Assembly (NCBI GenBank): GCA_046563655.1 | Contig: CM102283.1 | Location: 2,294,001-2,358,000, forward strand | DNA: 64,000 bases | Direction: 5' to 3' | Source of the DNA: Yuukianura sp. NJ FZ-2021 | Taxonomy: Eukaryota | Shown: positions 51,573-63,486 of the stretch, one piece after another | How positions within the stretch are numbered: position 1 is the stretch's first letter | Layout: each line of letters begins with the position of its first letter | Made by a program: the position numbers and the translations under genes | The notes under the pieces: model-generated | The model's input: only the letters and a program-made list of their open reading frames with translations | What the model was told of the DNA's origin: nothing | The model's database searches: none

Positions 51573-53848
51573 ATGTGGATATACTGGAGTGCCATCGCTT
51601 CCTGCTTTCTGGTGATTGGTCAACCCCTTGCAGCCTACGACATCACAAACCAGCCATTCAGTGAGCTGATCGAAACAATTCCAATTGCACAACACTTTTT
51701 GAACTTAACGGTGCACCATGACCTGTACAAGTGTATTTTAAACGGGAGTCTTCCAATGGACACTTTCAAGGCGTTTTTACAACAAGGTCGACTATATTTA
51801 CTGACTTTGTTGGACATGGAGGAGATAACCACAGCTAGGGAAGGCGGCCCAGAGCGGCCAAAATTGTCGAGACCACAGCAGGATGTTAGGGACATGTTAA
51901 AGCGTTCTATGGATGAATTCCTCGGGGACTTCGGAGTTCCGAAAACAAATCAAATGACTCCAGACACTCTAGGTAAAATGTAAGAATTGGTAAAAGATTT
52001 TGCTAAATTATTAATTTTTTACCTCTAGATTTGGCGGGAAAACAATTCCTTATTGCAAATTACGACGACCTTATGGTTGTGGCTGCTTCTGTTGTATCCT
52101 TCATTAAAGTTACCCATGAATCCACACTTTACTGGAAAGCTGTGGTTCCAAATCCAGAAACTCCGCGTTCGAACCCATACAAGAAATTGATTGCACCAGT
52201 TGTATTTTCGGACAAGGATCCGCAAAAGGTTCTAGCTTCTATTGACGGTAACTACGCAAGACTCAACGGCAGTGAACTAGCAGTGAAACAGCGCATGCTC
52301 GATGTGTACACTGAATCCATGGAACTGTATTATCGCTTCACATGTGAAATGCTGAATGCTCTACCAATCCCCGCCTCCGCAGTGTTCACCGACATGACAC
52401 CTCTCATTCTTCCAGAAATCCAAGGTCAAGTGATCAACCATCCTCTGTACACTGAAATTGCACTAGGCACTTTACCACTTGAAACGTACAAAGCCCTTAT
52501 CCAACAAGACTATTTGTACATGCGCGGATTCTTCAAAACTTACGAGTACATGGAAAGGAAAGAGGCAGATTTGAATTTCAAAGAGTCACTGCGCAAGCAA
52601 GGCCAGAATTCCTACGATTTTTTTGAATCTGAATTCAAGCAGTTCAACTTTGGTCCAGCCTCGGCTACAGCTTCGCAGGTTCCATGCCATTGGTGCGAAT
52701 GAATTGGTGCGAAGCACAATGGTGCGAATGAATTGGTGCGAAACCAATTGGTGCGAATGCTGCATTGGTGCGAATGGTTTATTGGTGCGAAAGAGCATAA
52801 GTGCGAAACCAATTGGTGCGAAAGCTTAATTGGTGCGAAAGACTAATTGGTACGAAAGATGATTTGCCTTATATTTGGTAAAACGGCGCTGCGATTTTTA
52901 CGAATAAAAAATCCTTTGAAATCAATCTTTAAGCGTGAGTACCAACCGGGATTTATAAATTATTATTATTCTGTAACCAAACCTAACGCGCGCCTTCGGC
53001 GCGGAGATATAACAAAGAACAATATTTGGTATACGTTGGTTATACTTAAAATTCTCATTTTGCATGTGAAAGTCACATTGTTAATTAGAATTTGACGTAG
53101 AGTCTTAATTAATCAATGCTACACAGAAAGAGGTGTGACCGCCAAAAACGGATTTCAGATTCAGAATCTGAAAATTGATATAAAACAAGTTTTTATTCGT
53201 AAAAATCGCAGCGCCGTTTTACCAAGTTTAAGCCAAATAATCTCTCGTACCAATTAATCTTTCGCACCAATTAGTCTTTCGCACCAATTGGTTTCGCACT
53301 TATGCTCTTTCGCACCAATAAACCATTCGCACCAATGCAGCATTCGCACCAATTGGTTTCGCACCAATTCATTCGCACCATTGCGCTTCGCACCAATTCA
53401 TTCGCACCAATGGCGTGCTACCGCTTCGCATGCCCTCCGTAAGTTAAAAATACAATTTCAAAAACATTTTTTTTTGAAATACAATTTTGAAAAAAAAATA
53501 CGTCTAGAGTACTTGGAACACGACATAAGAATTGGGCGTGACCGTCCGGTAGAAGAGGGGGTGGCTACACTGTACCCTTGTTACTTTCTGTGGCTCGAAC
53601 TTGGTGCCAAAATGAATGAAATTGCCGCCAAAACGTCATTTGTGAAACATCCATACCAGACGTTTTTGGACAGATTAAAATCAGAACGTATCCAAGACAG
53701 TGTTGATGAATTCAAGCAAACGCTGAATCGCTACTACAATTCGACATCTCTGGAAGGAAAGTATCGAATGCTCCAAGCCATTCGACAAAGCATTTTTCAT
53801 GAACTTGAATTTGCAAATGGAGTGTATGGACAACGATACCATTTTTAA
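51573..53848 (+). pseudogene. tenA: TenA two-domain paralog, copy 2, with exon 2 interrupted by a MITE; join(51573..51972,52029..52677,[MITE+TSD],53431..53438,53508..53848)
   Basis: Colinear with copy 1 and with the same introns. A 745-bp insertion near the end of exon 2 gives a stop at 52702. Domain 1 has QQD->QQG and lacks the Cys. Confidence 0.8.
52678..53422. mobile_element. Foldback MITE with TGGTGCGAA arrays inserted into a tenA copy 2 exon
   Basis: Perfect 8-bp TSD GCTTCGCA (52670-52677 and 53423-53430). Termini GGTTCCATGCCATTG...CAATGGCGTGCTACC. Confidence 0.93.
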
Positions 53849-54733
53849 AGTTCCGCGCCAATTCAACATGTTGAATGATTTCATGAAATATTAAATAAAT
53901 TGGAATTAAAAAGAACACAATTGAAAAAAAAATCCCTCTGTGAATTTTTTGTGGAAATTGTGCTTTACTTTAACTTATTGTGACCCACAGTTTTTAGATC
54001 TGTCGAAAACTGAAACTATAGAATTTTGGTCACTGTCGTTTTGCAAATACATCAAATGAATTCCGCTAAGAGTCATTTTGAAGTCTAATTTTTCCAAATA
54101 GAAATAAATGGCTCCACAACATTGTTCTTATTATTCGTTACATCTAATGAGTTCTGAATTTTCATATTCTGTAGCAGAATAAATCATGACGCATCTTATT
54201 CAGTGTGAAATGATTTCAGCGTTCATGGAGTTGGAGATTTAAAGCGTTCAGGAATGCATATTACAAAATTTCAGAACTACTATTACACATATAGCAAGAG
54301 CTAACTTCTGCATTTACTACTTTGCTTTAACTTTTACTACTCTAAAATCGGCTGCAATAGACTTGGTGGAAATAGTAGTTCAAAAGTAGCGAAAAACTAT
54401 GAACAAATAAAAAGAATGCAGAGAAAGTTTGAAATAATTATTTACTATTATTTGTCGAAGTTAATGAGTTTGTTTAACACATGGTAAAAATGAGGCAATT
54501 TACTTTGGGGCAATATCCTCAACTGTATCAATAAATTTAAATATAATCATAAAAGTCAAAAGTTTCAACTTTTAATTACAGTGGAGTCACTGTATGTCGC
54601 CTCATTCTGTAATTAGACTATGCTGTTTTAAGATGAGAATGCCCAGCGTTCGGGCTGGGGGTACGCCAGTCAATCACCTCCTCTGGACACTGTGGAATAG
54701 CTTTTTTTTTACTTTTTATTTTCTTTAGATATA

Positions 54734-54967
54734 CAGGGTGTGGCACGTAAAAGTAAACACTTCAACAATAAACAACTTGTTTATTTTGCGGAATTTGACT
54801 TGGTATGTTCGAAAAATTGACGTTTTATGAATGTAATATCATGATTTAAATGAAGGAAAGTAAAAATTCATGGTCCAACTCCCACTCTTCCACGGGAAAG
54901 TCGGTTATCCAGGGCTTGTAACTAATAGCAACTAATTAGAAGTGTTTACTTTTACGTGCCACACCCG
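54734..54967. mobile_element. Tc1/mariner-type MITE
   Basis: TA TSD. ~30-bp TIRs CAGGGTGTGGCACGTAAAAGTAAACACTTC / GAAGTGTTTACTTTTACGTGCCACACCCG. Confidence 0.88.
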
Positions 54968-55285
54968 TATAGGATATGTATTCTGTTTTTTTTAAACTTA
55001 AGAAGCCAATCTGTTTCTGTCTACTACGGCTAAATACACCCCAAAACGTAACTTTACAAACCCCACAAAAGAATACAGACTCTTTTCCTAGTATTTTTCA
55101 TATTTCACAAAAAAAAATGAAATCAATTTGTGTTTATGTCAATAGCCAACGGCCGAATACAACCTTAACATAAGCAATAAGCATACAGACAGACACAATC
55201 AAGATTTTGTTCAGTATTTTTACATAGTACAATATAATCCCAAGTAGCCAATCCTTGAACCAAATCCTCTCCTGCAACTTCAAAA

Positions 55286-55843
55286 TCACATAATACATTC
55301 CTTTGGTATTTTCTCAAAAGTAGCATTCCGATTGGTATTCAAAGTCAACTCGGGGAGACCAGCTCTAGCTCTTATCTCGTTTACCGCTTCTATTGTCACG
55401 TTCTTAGCTCGCTGCTTGAAGTCGTCTTTGATCTCCTTCAAACAATTTTAAAGTATCAATTGGTCAGAATCCACAGGGATTAGTAAAAAAAACTGTAATA
55501 ATCAACAAATAACGATCACAATATCAACAATGCTGGTTGCCGTTGTTACCTGTTCCAATAGTTTTTTGATGCATTCTGTAGGGTCAGGCGTAGTAGGTGG
55601 AGTAGGAGAAGCCGCGACGGTCCGTGGTGTGGTCCGATAAGTCGTTCGGTATGTTGGTTCAGAGATAGTATCGCTGATCGCCTTTGTTGCAAAAAGACCG
55701 CCGAATAGTCCACCAATCCATAAGGCCGTCTTGGAAATGACGGGTGCTAATACCGGAATTAAGACAGGTATCGCACCCTCTGCCTCATTTACCAAGAATG
55801 GAAAAAGAGCACACATTCCCACCAAAATGTAAACAACCTTCAT
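55286..55843 (-). CDS. Small secreted protein of unknown function; complement(join(55286..55435,55550..55843))
   Basis: Signal peptide MKVVYILVGMCALFPFLVNEAEGA, a hydrophobic Gly-rich segment, a T/P-rich linker, and an in-frame second exon (EIKDDFKQRAKNVTIEAVNEIRARAGLPEL...). Confidence 0.6.
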
Positions 55844-57336
55844 GTTTCTGCTCTTTTTGGCTTAAGGAATCTAAAGACTTCAAAATTTGGTTTTGAATTA
55901 GTCAAAAAAAGTAGTTGGATATTTGATTAGTCAAATTTTGAGTAATCCAAATGGAAAGTTTTTGAAAACTCTCAATATTCTACAAACTGTGGAGGATGAA
56001 AATCTACTCGGTGGTTTTATAGGAGACTTTCATCATAAAAATTGTACTATTTTTTCATTAACGTGACCTAGCACGTTGAAAGAGGTCACAAGCCTACCTT
56101 TCAATGAATACTTGATCTTCGAGGTCATCTTATTTTGCATTTCCAGAGAATTCGATAAAATCACAATTTTTGTTATTGAAACCGTGGAAAATTTTTAAAG
56201 CAAAAACATTTCTTGGAAAATGATAATCAAATGCGACTTATTCAAAATTACGTTTCAAAACGTAATCGGAATCACGCGCGATGCACAAAGATGCACATAT
56301 CCTTAATAAAGAGCTGTAAACGCCGTATGTAAGTAGCGAAATTACCGAAGGCTTGTGAGGGTGACCTGCATTTAAAGCAGTAGGTCAAAGGTCATCTCAA
56401 CAAACGTAGTTTTGTCCTATACAAACGTTGTTTGGCTCGATGTAACGAACAACTTTTGTAGAGGCAATAATACTTTTTTTTCTGTCATAAAGGTAATTGT
56501 CCTTGACCTTTACTCCGGAAGTTTTGCATTCCAGGTCAAATTTCAAACCGATATCTCAGAGCATGTGAAGTTCATCTGTGAAGACAGATCCAGAATCGGT
56601 TCAACGGTTATAGTTATATTGGTAAGCAGACACACAGACAGACAGACAAAGTCGGCCAAAACCATAAAGAAGTCAAATGCTTCAGCAACATAATTAAAAA
56701 ACATTTTCTGAGAAATTATTAAGCAATCGTTTAGCAAGCACTTCAAGTGCGATAGGCTGTTTTTAGGTTAAACGGATCTAAAAGTATTTAATTCTTGCTA
56801 AATCTAAATCTTGCTCATTGGAAATTCCCAAATTCAAAGCTAAGTTCACCAAAAAAATAGAACTAAACTTTTTCAAAATTGATAAAAGCAAACTTTCCAA
56901 TGAATTCTATCATATTTCTTGTGAAAAATGTCGCAACTTTTGCCCCTTAAGTATGCATTTGGTTGGAAATAGACAATTGTGGCGACATAATTCTAATCTA
57001 ACCAGTGTACGACGAGAGAATTCAAAAAGCCGAGTCGATACTTACAATTCAATATCCCTGAGAGGAAAGAGATTCTAAAAAGCGGAGCATTTTTCATGAA
57101 ATTGAATCTGCAAATTCTATTTTTTTTCAAGATTTCATTAACCTTTATTTTATTTATTTAGTAAAGTTAATTAATAATTTCCAGGAACTTGCAGATTCCC
57201 TTTCTAATATTTGTAAGTCTTTGTCACTACGCTACTAAAAGTACTTGGAACTTCGTAAGTCTTTTGATTATTGGCCGGGAGGTTTGTCCAGGTCCAGGTT
57301 GATCCAGTTTGTCTCTGCTTGAAATTGGCCGCGCAG

Positions 57337-59558
57337 TCACGGTCGTATCACCCATTGTTCTTCTGCAGGTACCTCCTTGACCTTGAATTCTGGAAAGATT
57401 GTGTCCGGATTTAAATTCGCCAGCTCATCCATATATGCTGTGCGAAACGTTCCTGTTATAAAACAAACACAAACGTTGTTAAAACGCGTCAAACTTACAT
57501 CATGTCTCGAAGCAAGTTCTAAAGAATATAGTATGTATACCTGGTCCACGAACATCGTTTCTCACTCCTGCATGTTCACCGGCCAAATTGGCACAAACGA
57601 TCCTACAAGATACAAAAAAAATCATTTTCGAGAAATTTTTTCCAAAAACAAAGCTGCAGATACCAATAACTTCTTTAAAGTTAAGTAAAATTAAGTATAG
57701 CAGAAGTGACATTTTTGTTCTTACCCGGCAACAGCTGCTGCAAAATGATCTTCTGGCGAAATTCCAGCAAAAGAGGCCACGATGGCTGACACCATACAGC
57801 CTGATCCAGTAATCCTCCCTTGGTACGGATGTCCATTCTTAATTGCCACAGTTCTTGTTCCATCAGACACGTAATCCACCTTGCCGGTCATGGCCACGAC
57901 ACATTCTACAAAAAAAGACATTGTGAACAACCCTGCATTGATTAATTGCAACGATTAATTAAAGTCAATCAGCGTGAATTACGTTCTCGCTTGGCCAGAT
58001 CCGCAACAATAAGAGCTGGATTTGAAACTTCTCCGACCGAATCTACTCCACGCATTTGCACGATTTCCTCTGGCATGTAGCATCCAACAATTTCAGCCAA
58101 TGCCAAGATTTCACCACAATTTCCTTTGATAATGTCAACATGGACGGAGTTCATAATCCTCTTTGCTGTTTCTCGACGAAGAGTAGTCGCTCCAGCACCA
58201 ACAGGATCCAGAATAACTGGTTTCGATTGAGCATTGGCATGTTTTCCTAAATGCAAAAACACAAATTCTTAAAAATCATTATGCTCATGATTAATAAATA
58301 ATTGACAATGATAATTAGGCGAACCTGCTTCTATCATACACTCCACAACAGGTTCAGTCAGAGTTCCAATGTTAAGGACAACTGATGAGACAACTTTGGA
58401 TAAGTCTTTGGCTTCTGAAGCATCGGGTGCCATGATAGGAGATCCACCAATGGCAAGCGTACAGTTTGCAGTGTCGTTCATAGCAACATAGTTTGTGATG
58501 TGATGGGTGAGTGGAGTGTTTTGTCTCAGGGTGAACAATAATCCTCGGACAGACTGTAAAACTTCTTGGACAGAAGTAACATTTCTTGTTTGAGGTTCTC
58601 TGGCAGCAGTTTTTCCCGCTTTGACTTCATCTACCAGTCGAGCAGTAGCGGCTTTAGCATCAGGAGCAGCCACGATAGCCGAAACTACTGCGACTCCGTC
58701 CAGAAAACGATGTTTGTTAACAGCTGATGCCCGGACTAGACGTTGAGCATTGTCAATTGTGATTCCACCAATACCGACCGCCTTGATCCTGGAATTGTTC
58801 AGTACTTGCAGAATACTTCGCACACCGATGTGACCCAGGCAGGGAGATGTAGTCACCCTTGTGTCTGTTTTGTAACATGTTTGGATTCCAAGGTAATCAG
58901 CGCCGTCTTGGATAGCAATTGTCGCCTGGGACGGTGTTTCAACTGATACGCCAATGATCTTCGTCGGTCCTAAACGTTGCCGGGCTTCAGCACAAGGCAT
59001 GTCATCTTGTCCGACGTGAAGACCCTCCGCATCAATGGCAATGACAACGTCGATATTGTCGTTGATTATAAGTGGAACGTTGTGCTAAAAAACGCAAAGA
59101 TTTAAACAATTTCTTAATTGGGCTTCAATTAATTGAAGGCATCCCTAAATCCAACTAAGTACCTTTTTAGTAACTTCATGGATGTCCCTTGCAAGCGTAA
59201 TAAAATCTTCAGTACTCAAATTCTTCTCTCTCAACTGAACAATTTTCACACCTCCCAGGATTGCATCTTCAATTGTCTGCGTTAGAGTTCTGGAAGGATG
59301 GTTTAGTCCAGAGTCAGTGACAAGGTAAACGCTAAGGTCGATGCCATCCAAAAGCGACGGAGGAAGACCAACGTTGTCCCTGAATCAAAATAAGAGAAAA
59401 TCATGATTACCAGCATTTTGTTAACTACAAATCACCATTGATTTTGACTAATCTTACAGCGGTTGTGGTTGTGACATTCTTTCGAAAATACGATGCCCTC
59501 GTCCTCTGCCTCGCCCAACTGGACTAGTTTCCATTGGTACAGTGTCAACGTTACTCAT
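57337..59558 (-). CDS. THI6: Bifunctional thiamine-phosphate synthase (ThiE) / hydroxyethylthiazole kinase (ThiM), fungal THI6 architecture; complement(join(57337..57452,57541..57602,57725..57905,57983..58246,58325..59084,59163..59379,59458..59558))
   Basis: ThiE motifs: LSVYLVTD, IVQLREK, PLIINDNIDV, GLHVGQDDMP, IIGVS, GADYLG, GIGGI, DGVAVVSAI. ThiM motifs: HHITNYV, ANCTLAIGGSPIM, LNIGTL, ILDPVGAGAT, IKGNCGEI, ITGSGC, GPGTFR. Seven exons join in frame. Confidence 0.93.
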
Positions 59559-60569
59559 TTTTACGTGAAGCGGTTATCGTGTCAGCTCAGCACCCAGTGC
59601 GGTTGTCCACGGATTTTGAGAATGGATATAAGATGACGAAATGTCTCCAGTTGCCTATAAAGTTGACATAACTTGGAATTGGATTTATCTTTTTTTCCAA
59701 GAATCTAAGGCAATGACTCACCCGATAACGGAGTTTCACTTTCAACTAGTTTGGCTTTAACACCCTTTTAGCGAAATTGTAGCTATTGGCTAATGTTGCA
59801 TTTGCAGCGATTGCAATTTTTTGGTGAGATTTGCTTCCTCTTGCACTTTTGCACATCCAAAAGCGCCAGCGATCACGAGAGAAAGTGAGTAAAGGGCAGA
59901 AGGGCACCTATAAATAAGAAAGATGATGATGTAAAAGTTGTAGATGGTATTGGTGGTTCGATCCGGAGCGACTTCCAGTCACATTCTAAGACTCCGCTTA
60001 CCGGTATGTACAGTGATAGTTTTATGTTCTGGCCATGCAAATGAGCTTAATCTAAGCCACTCCTCCATGTCTCGGAAAAACTCCCCATCGATGTTGTTTC
60101 CCGCCGAAAGTTTGTTTCGGTTAACGCCTGAGGATCCGTCGTTTTTAGACGGTAAGCGAGCCGGAAAGTAGCCGATCGTCCACAAATAACGATGTGCTGT
60201 GCGGGCCAATGAGTGAACTATCGTCATGCTCAGCCTTTTGCTCACTCTCTTCACTCCGCGAAGTTTCCCGCCTAAAATTGTCGGCGCGAGCTTGATTTTA
60301 CGCGTAATTACAGGAAACTACGCAAAGTTTGAGGTAGTGACTGAGGTAAAGTCGACACTTCAACCTATGTGGTTGGACCTATGTAGGTCTAACCATACGC
60401 CTACTATGGTGTATGCCACATGTCCCAAATATGACATGATTCGTTTGGCAGTCCGTGCCTAGCCTTTTTTAGGGTGATTCTTCAACGCATCAACGCTGGA
60501 AGATTGCCCGTTGGTTAGTTTTTGACGACATTCAATTTCGTAATTTGTGAACTAGAATACTCTTCGCCG

Positions 60570-61350
60570 GTCGCGAAATTTTGTATTAGGCAAAATTTTG
60601 CATTTTCGAAATTTTGAATTACGCGAAATTTTGAATTACGCGAAATTTTATTACGCGAAAATTCACATCTCGGGAAATTTGCATTTCGCGAAAATTTGCG
60701 ACTTTTGGTAACATCGCGTCTTGAAGGGTTAGGGTAGCCGAGAATTCCAACTCAAGCGCCGTCGCCATTTTGAATCCCGCGAATTTTTGCGGCTCTAAAT
60801 AAGACCTCAGCGCGTACAGCGAATTTTGGAAAAGTGACGTTGTTAGCTACAGAGACCGCGCTCCCGCACCCGATGACTAAAATCATTTACGATACTCAGC
60901 GTTCATAAGAATTTCACGTCGCCAAATTACTTCGCGCCAGTATTACGTTTTTCGCGATTCCGGCCGTGAAATTTGGGCAAACATAGGTCTAGTGTTCAAC
61001 TGCTGGGGTTTTCATTTGTACGATTGTTCATGCTAACGCCGTGCACAATTTACGTATCATCTGCGTTTTTATTTCGCGAAATTTGACGGCGCAAATCGCG
61101 GAAAATGTAATACTGGCGAAAATGCAATTTGACGACGTGAAATTCTTCAGAGTACGGAATATTGTGTGCGATTTCAGTTCGCGTAACTAAAGACAACTAT
61201 TCGCGACTTGCGCCGTGAAATTTTCCGACGGATTCAAAATGGCGGCGGTACGTCGGAATTAGGGCTCTCCGCAACCATATACCCGAATGGACGGCATTTT
61301 CTGAAAAATCGCGAATCGCGAATCGCGAATTTTTGCGAATCGCGAATTTT
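60570..61350. repeat. CpG-rich nested foldback structure inside the DD41D element
   Basis: CGCGAAATTT arrays at both ends. Inverted pairs GCCATTTTGAATCC/GGATTCAAAATGGC and AATTTCACGTCG...CCAGTATTAC/GTAATACTGG...CGACGTGAAATT. Confidence 0.65.
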
Positions 61351-62021
61351 TGCGTCGTCGGAAACCAACATGGCGGCCATCGCCCATTGGTTTATGTGAC
61401 TACTTCCAACTATTCTGAATATTGCATTTTTCCTACAGCATCTCATCGCCGAAAGTAAATCCTAGCGTGCCCTCTTTACCCGTTCCACTCTGGTGTGAAG
61501 TGGCCTTTACGGGCAGAAAAAACCCGGGAAAATTTCAAAAAATTGCGAAAATTTTTTTTTTTTGGAAATCGTTTCAAAATATGGAAGAATAAGTTCCGGA
61601 AGTAGTTTTGGAGATTAAAATTATTTTTTTCTAAAAATCAGCGATTTTTATTCAGCGCGAAAAAAGGCTGTCGCCTATCGTCTACTGGTAGGGAGGTCAT
61701 GCATTAAGAAGTTAGCGCGGCAAATAAAAGTCAACCGACGCTTTTTCTTTGCTTCTTGGCTATCAGTTTTGCTCTGCTGTTTTCTAGTAAAAGTTCACTA
61801 GTTAAACACTAAATATTATTGAATTAAGTTGCCGTACGACAATTAAAAAGTGATCTGCACGTGAATTGAGCGAGAATAACTTCAATTAAGGTGAGTGAGC
61901 CACTTCTATTGTTTTCTAATTCAGTTATTGGTACTACTGCATTGTGAGAGGGGATTTATGTCGCAAAACGAAAAGTTATTTGCTAATGGCTACTATTATA
62001 TTTTGTTTTGGCAGTTAAGGT

Positions 62022-63243
62022 ATGCCTGTCCATTACTCGGAAGAGCAGCGCCTTTGCATAATTAATCTTCGGTTGGAGTACAAAGATGAAACCAGTACCG
62101 AGCTCATGCACAAATACAATCAAAATCCTATCTCGCAAAATCGACCTATGGAGCATCCAAAAGATGTGAACCGAATTCTTAAACGATTCTCTGAACTGGG
62201 TAACACTAAAAACCGTCGAAAATCTGGAAGACCAAAAACAGCGACAGACGAAAACTCGGCAATAGGGATTCTTGGGGCTTTTGCGGCTGATCCTCATATT
62301 TCAACCAACCAAGTTGCTCGTGATATGGGTGTTTCGCAAACGTCTGTTATGAAGGTGAAAAATCAGTACAACTGGAAGTCCTACAAACCTAGAGTCCATC
62401 AACTCCTAAAATTTACGGACTATCCTGACAGAGCCTGGTTTGCAAGAATTTGGCTTCCAATGCTAAACGGAATACCTGACTATGCGAAAAACATCGTCTT
62501 CACCGACGAAGCAACTGTAAAACTGGACGGAACTGTTAATCGGCAAAACTATAGATACTGCTCGGATACGAATCCGCATTGGAATGTCCCAGGTTAGACT
62601 TTTAAAAAAAGGTGACTTAAAAAGGAATAGTTGTGTTTTGCAAAAAAAATCCCCTCCATAACTAATTAGTGAAAACTATGGTGGGGTATTGATGCCATGA
62701 TTTTTTCTTCTGATTTTAGTTAAAACTCAATCGGCCGGAAAAGTGAACCTGTGGGTTGGTCTTTTTGGTGACGAGGTGATTGGACCAATATATTTCAACG
62801 GGAATTTGACGGGACAAATGTACCTGACCATGCTACAACAACAAATTGTGCCTGCAATTTTGGCTTCAGCAACACGTCAAAACATTCCACATGCTGACAT
62901 CATTTACCAACAGGACGGTTGTGGGCCGCATTTTTCATTAATTGTACGAAACTACCTAGATCAGACTTTTCCCCAAAGGTGGATTGGACGTGCCGGTTGG
63001 TTTCATTGGCCAGCTCGTAGCCCAGATTTTTCGCCACTTGATTATTTTGCGTTTGGGACAATGAGAGGGAATATTTTTTTACCGCCAAGACCTGCCACTG
63101 CGTTGGACTTAATGCGACGAATTGACGATTTTTTTCATGTGCACGTTACGCCTGAAAAACTCAGAAATGTAAGAGACGATTTCCGTAAACGTTTACAACT
63201 TTGTCTTCAGGAAAATGGGAGTCATTTCGAACATTTAAAATAA
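62022..63243 (+). CDS. DD41D transposase with one spliceosomal intron; join(62022..62592,62720..63243)
   Basis: RRKSGRPKT, HTH-like STNQVARDMGVSQTSV, IVFTDEA, YQQDG and WPARSPDFSPLDY. There are 41 residues between the 2nd and 3rd catalytic Asp. A phase-1 GT-AG intron restores the frame. Confidence 0.9.
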
Positions 63244-63486
63244 TGTGCTTGCTACCCCTCCATATTCTGCATATTTTTTCCATTTCCATGTGTTTCTTGG
63301 TCAAATGTCAATGTAAAGCCGATTACTGTTGTTTACAATTTGTTATTTTAAGGCAATAAATTCACCTTTACACTATCCGTAAAGCTTAATTAATAATTAA
63401 TATTTCAAAACTAATGTTTTAATACAACTTCTGGTAGGCGCAACACTCCACTGAATCTAACTTTCCGACAGAATGAACGAGTATTT

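Noticed and set aside
52678-53422. Regularly repeated TGGTGCGAA units resembling a CRISPR array
   Set aside because: The units are short, lack unique spacers, are inverted at the two ends and are bounded by a TSD, so this is a MITE. There are no cas genes and the context is eukaryotic.
49406-59558. Bacterial or fungal contamination as the explanation for the thiamine genes
   Set aside because: The genes have host-like AT-rich GT-AG introns, and one carries a MITE nearly identical to the copy near SNF8. This supports residence in the same genome, though read-level confirmation is still needed.
59560-59612. Possible TPP riboswitch upstream of THI6 (minus strand GGGTGCTGAG)
   Set aside because: Only the GCUGAG-like word is present. 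The downstream CUGAUC...UAAU...GCG-AGG core and pairing stems are not visible. An Infernal search with the Rfam TPP model would settle it.
59944-60462. Short ORFs at the left end of the DD41D element as possible cargo genes
   Set aside because: They overlap the TIR on both strands and have no recognisable domain or splice structure.
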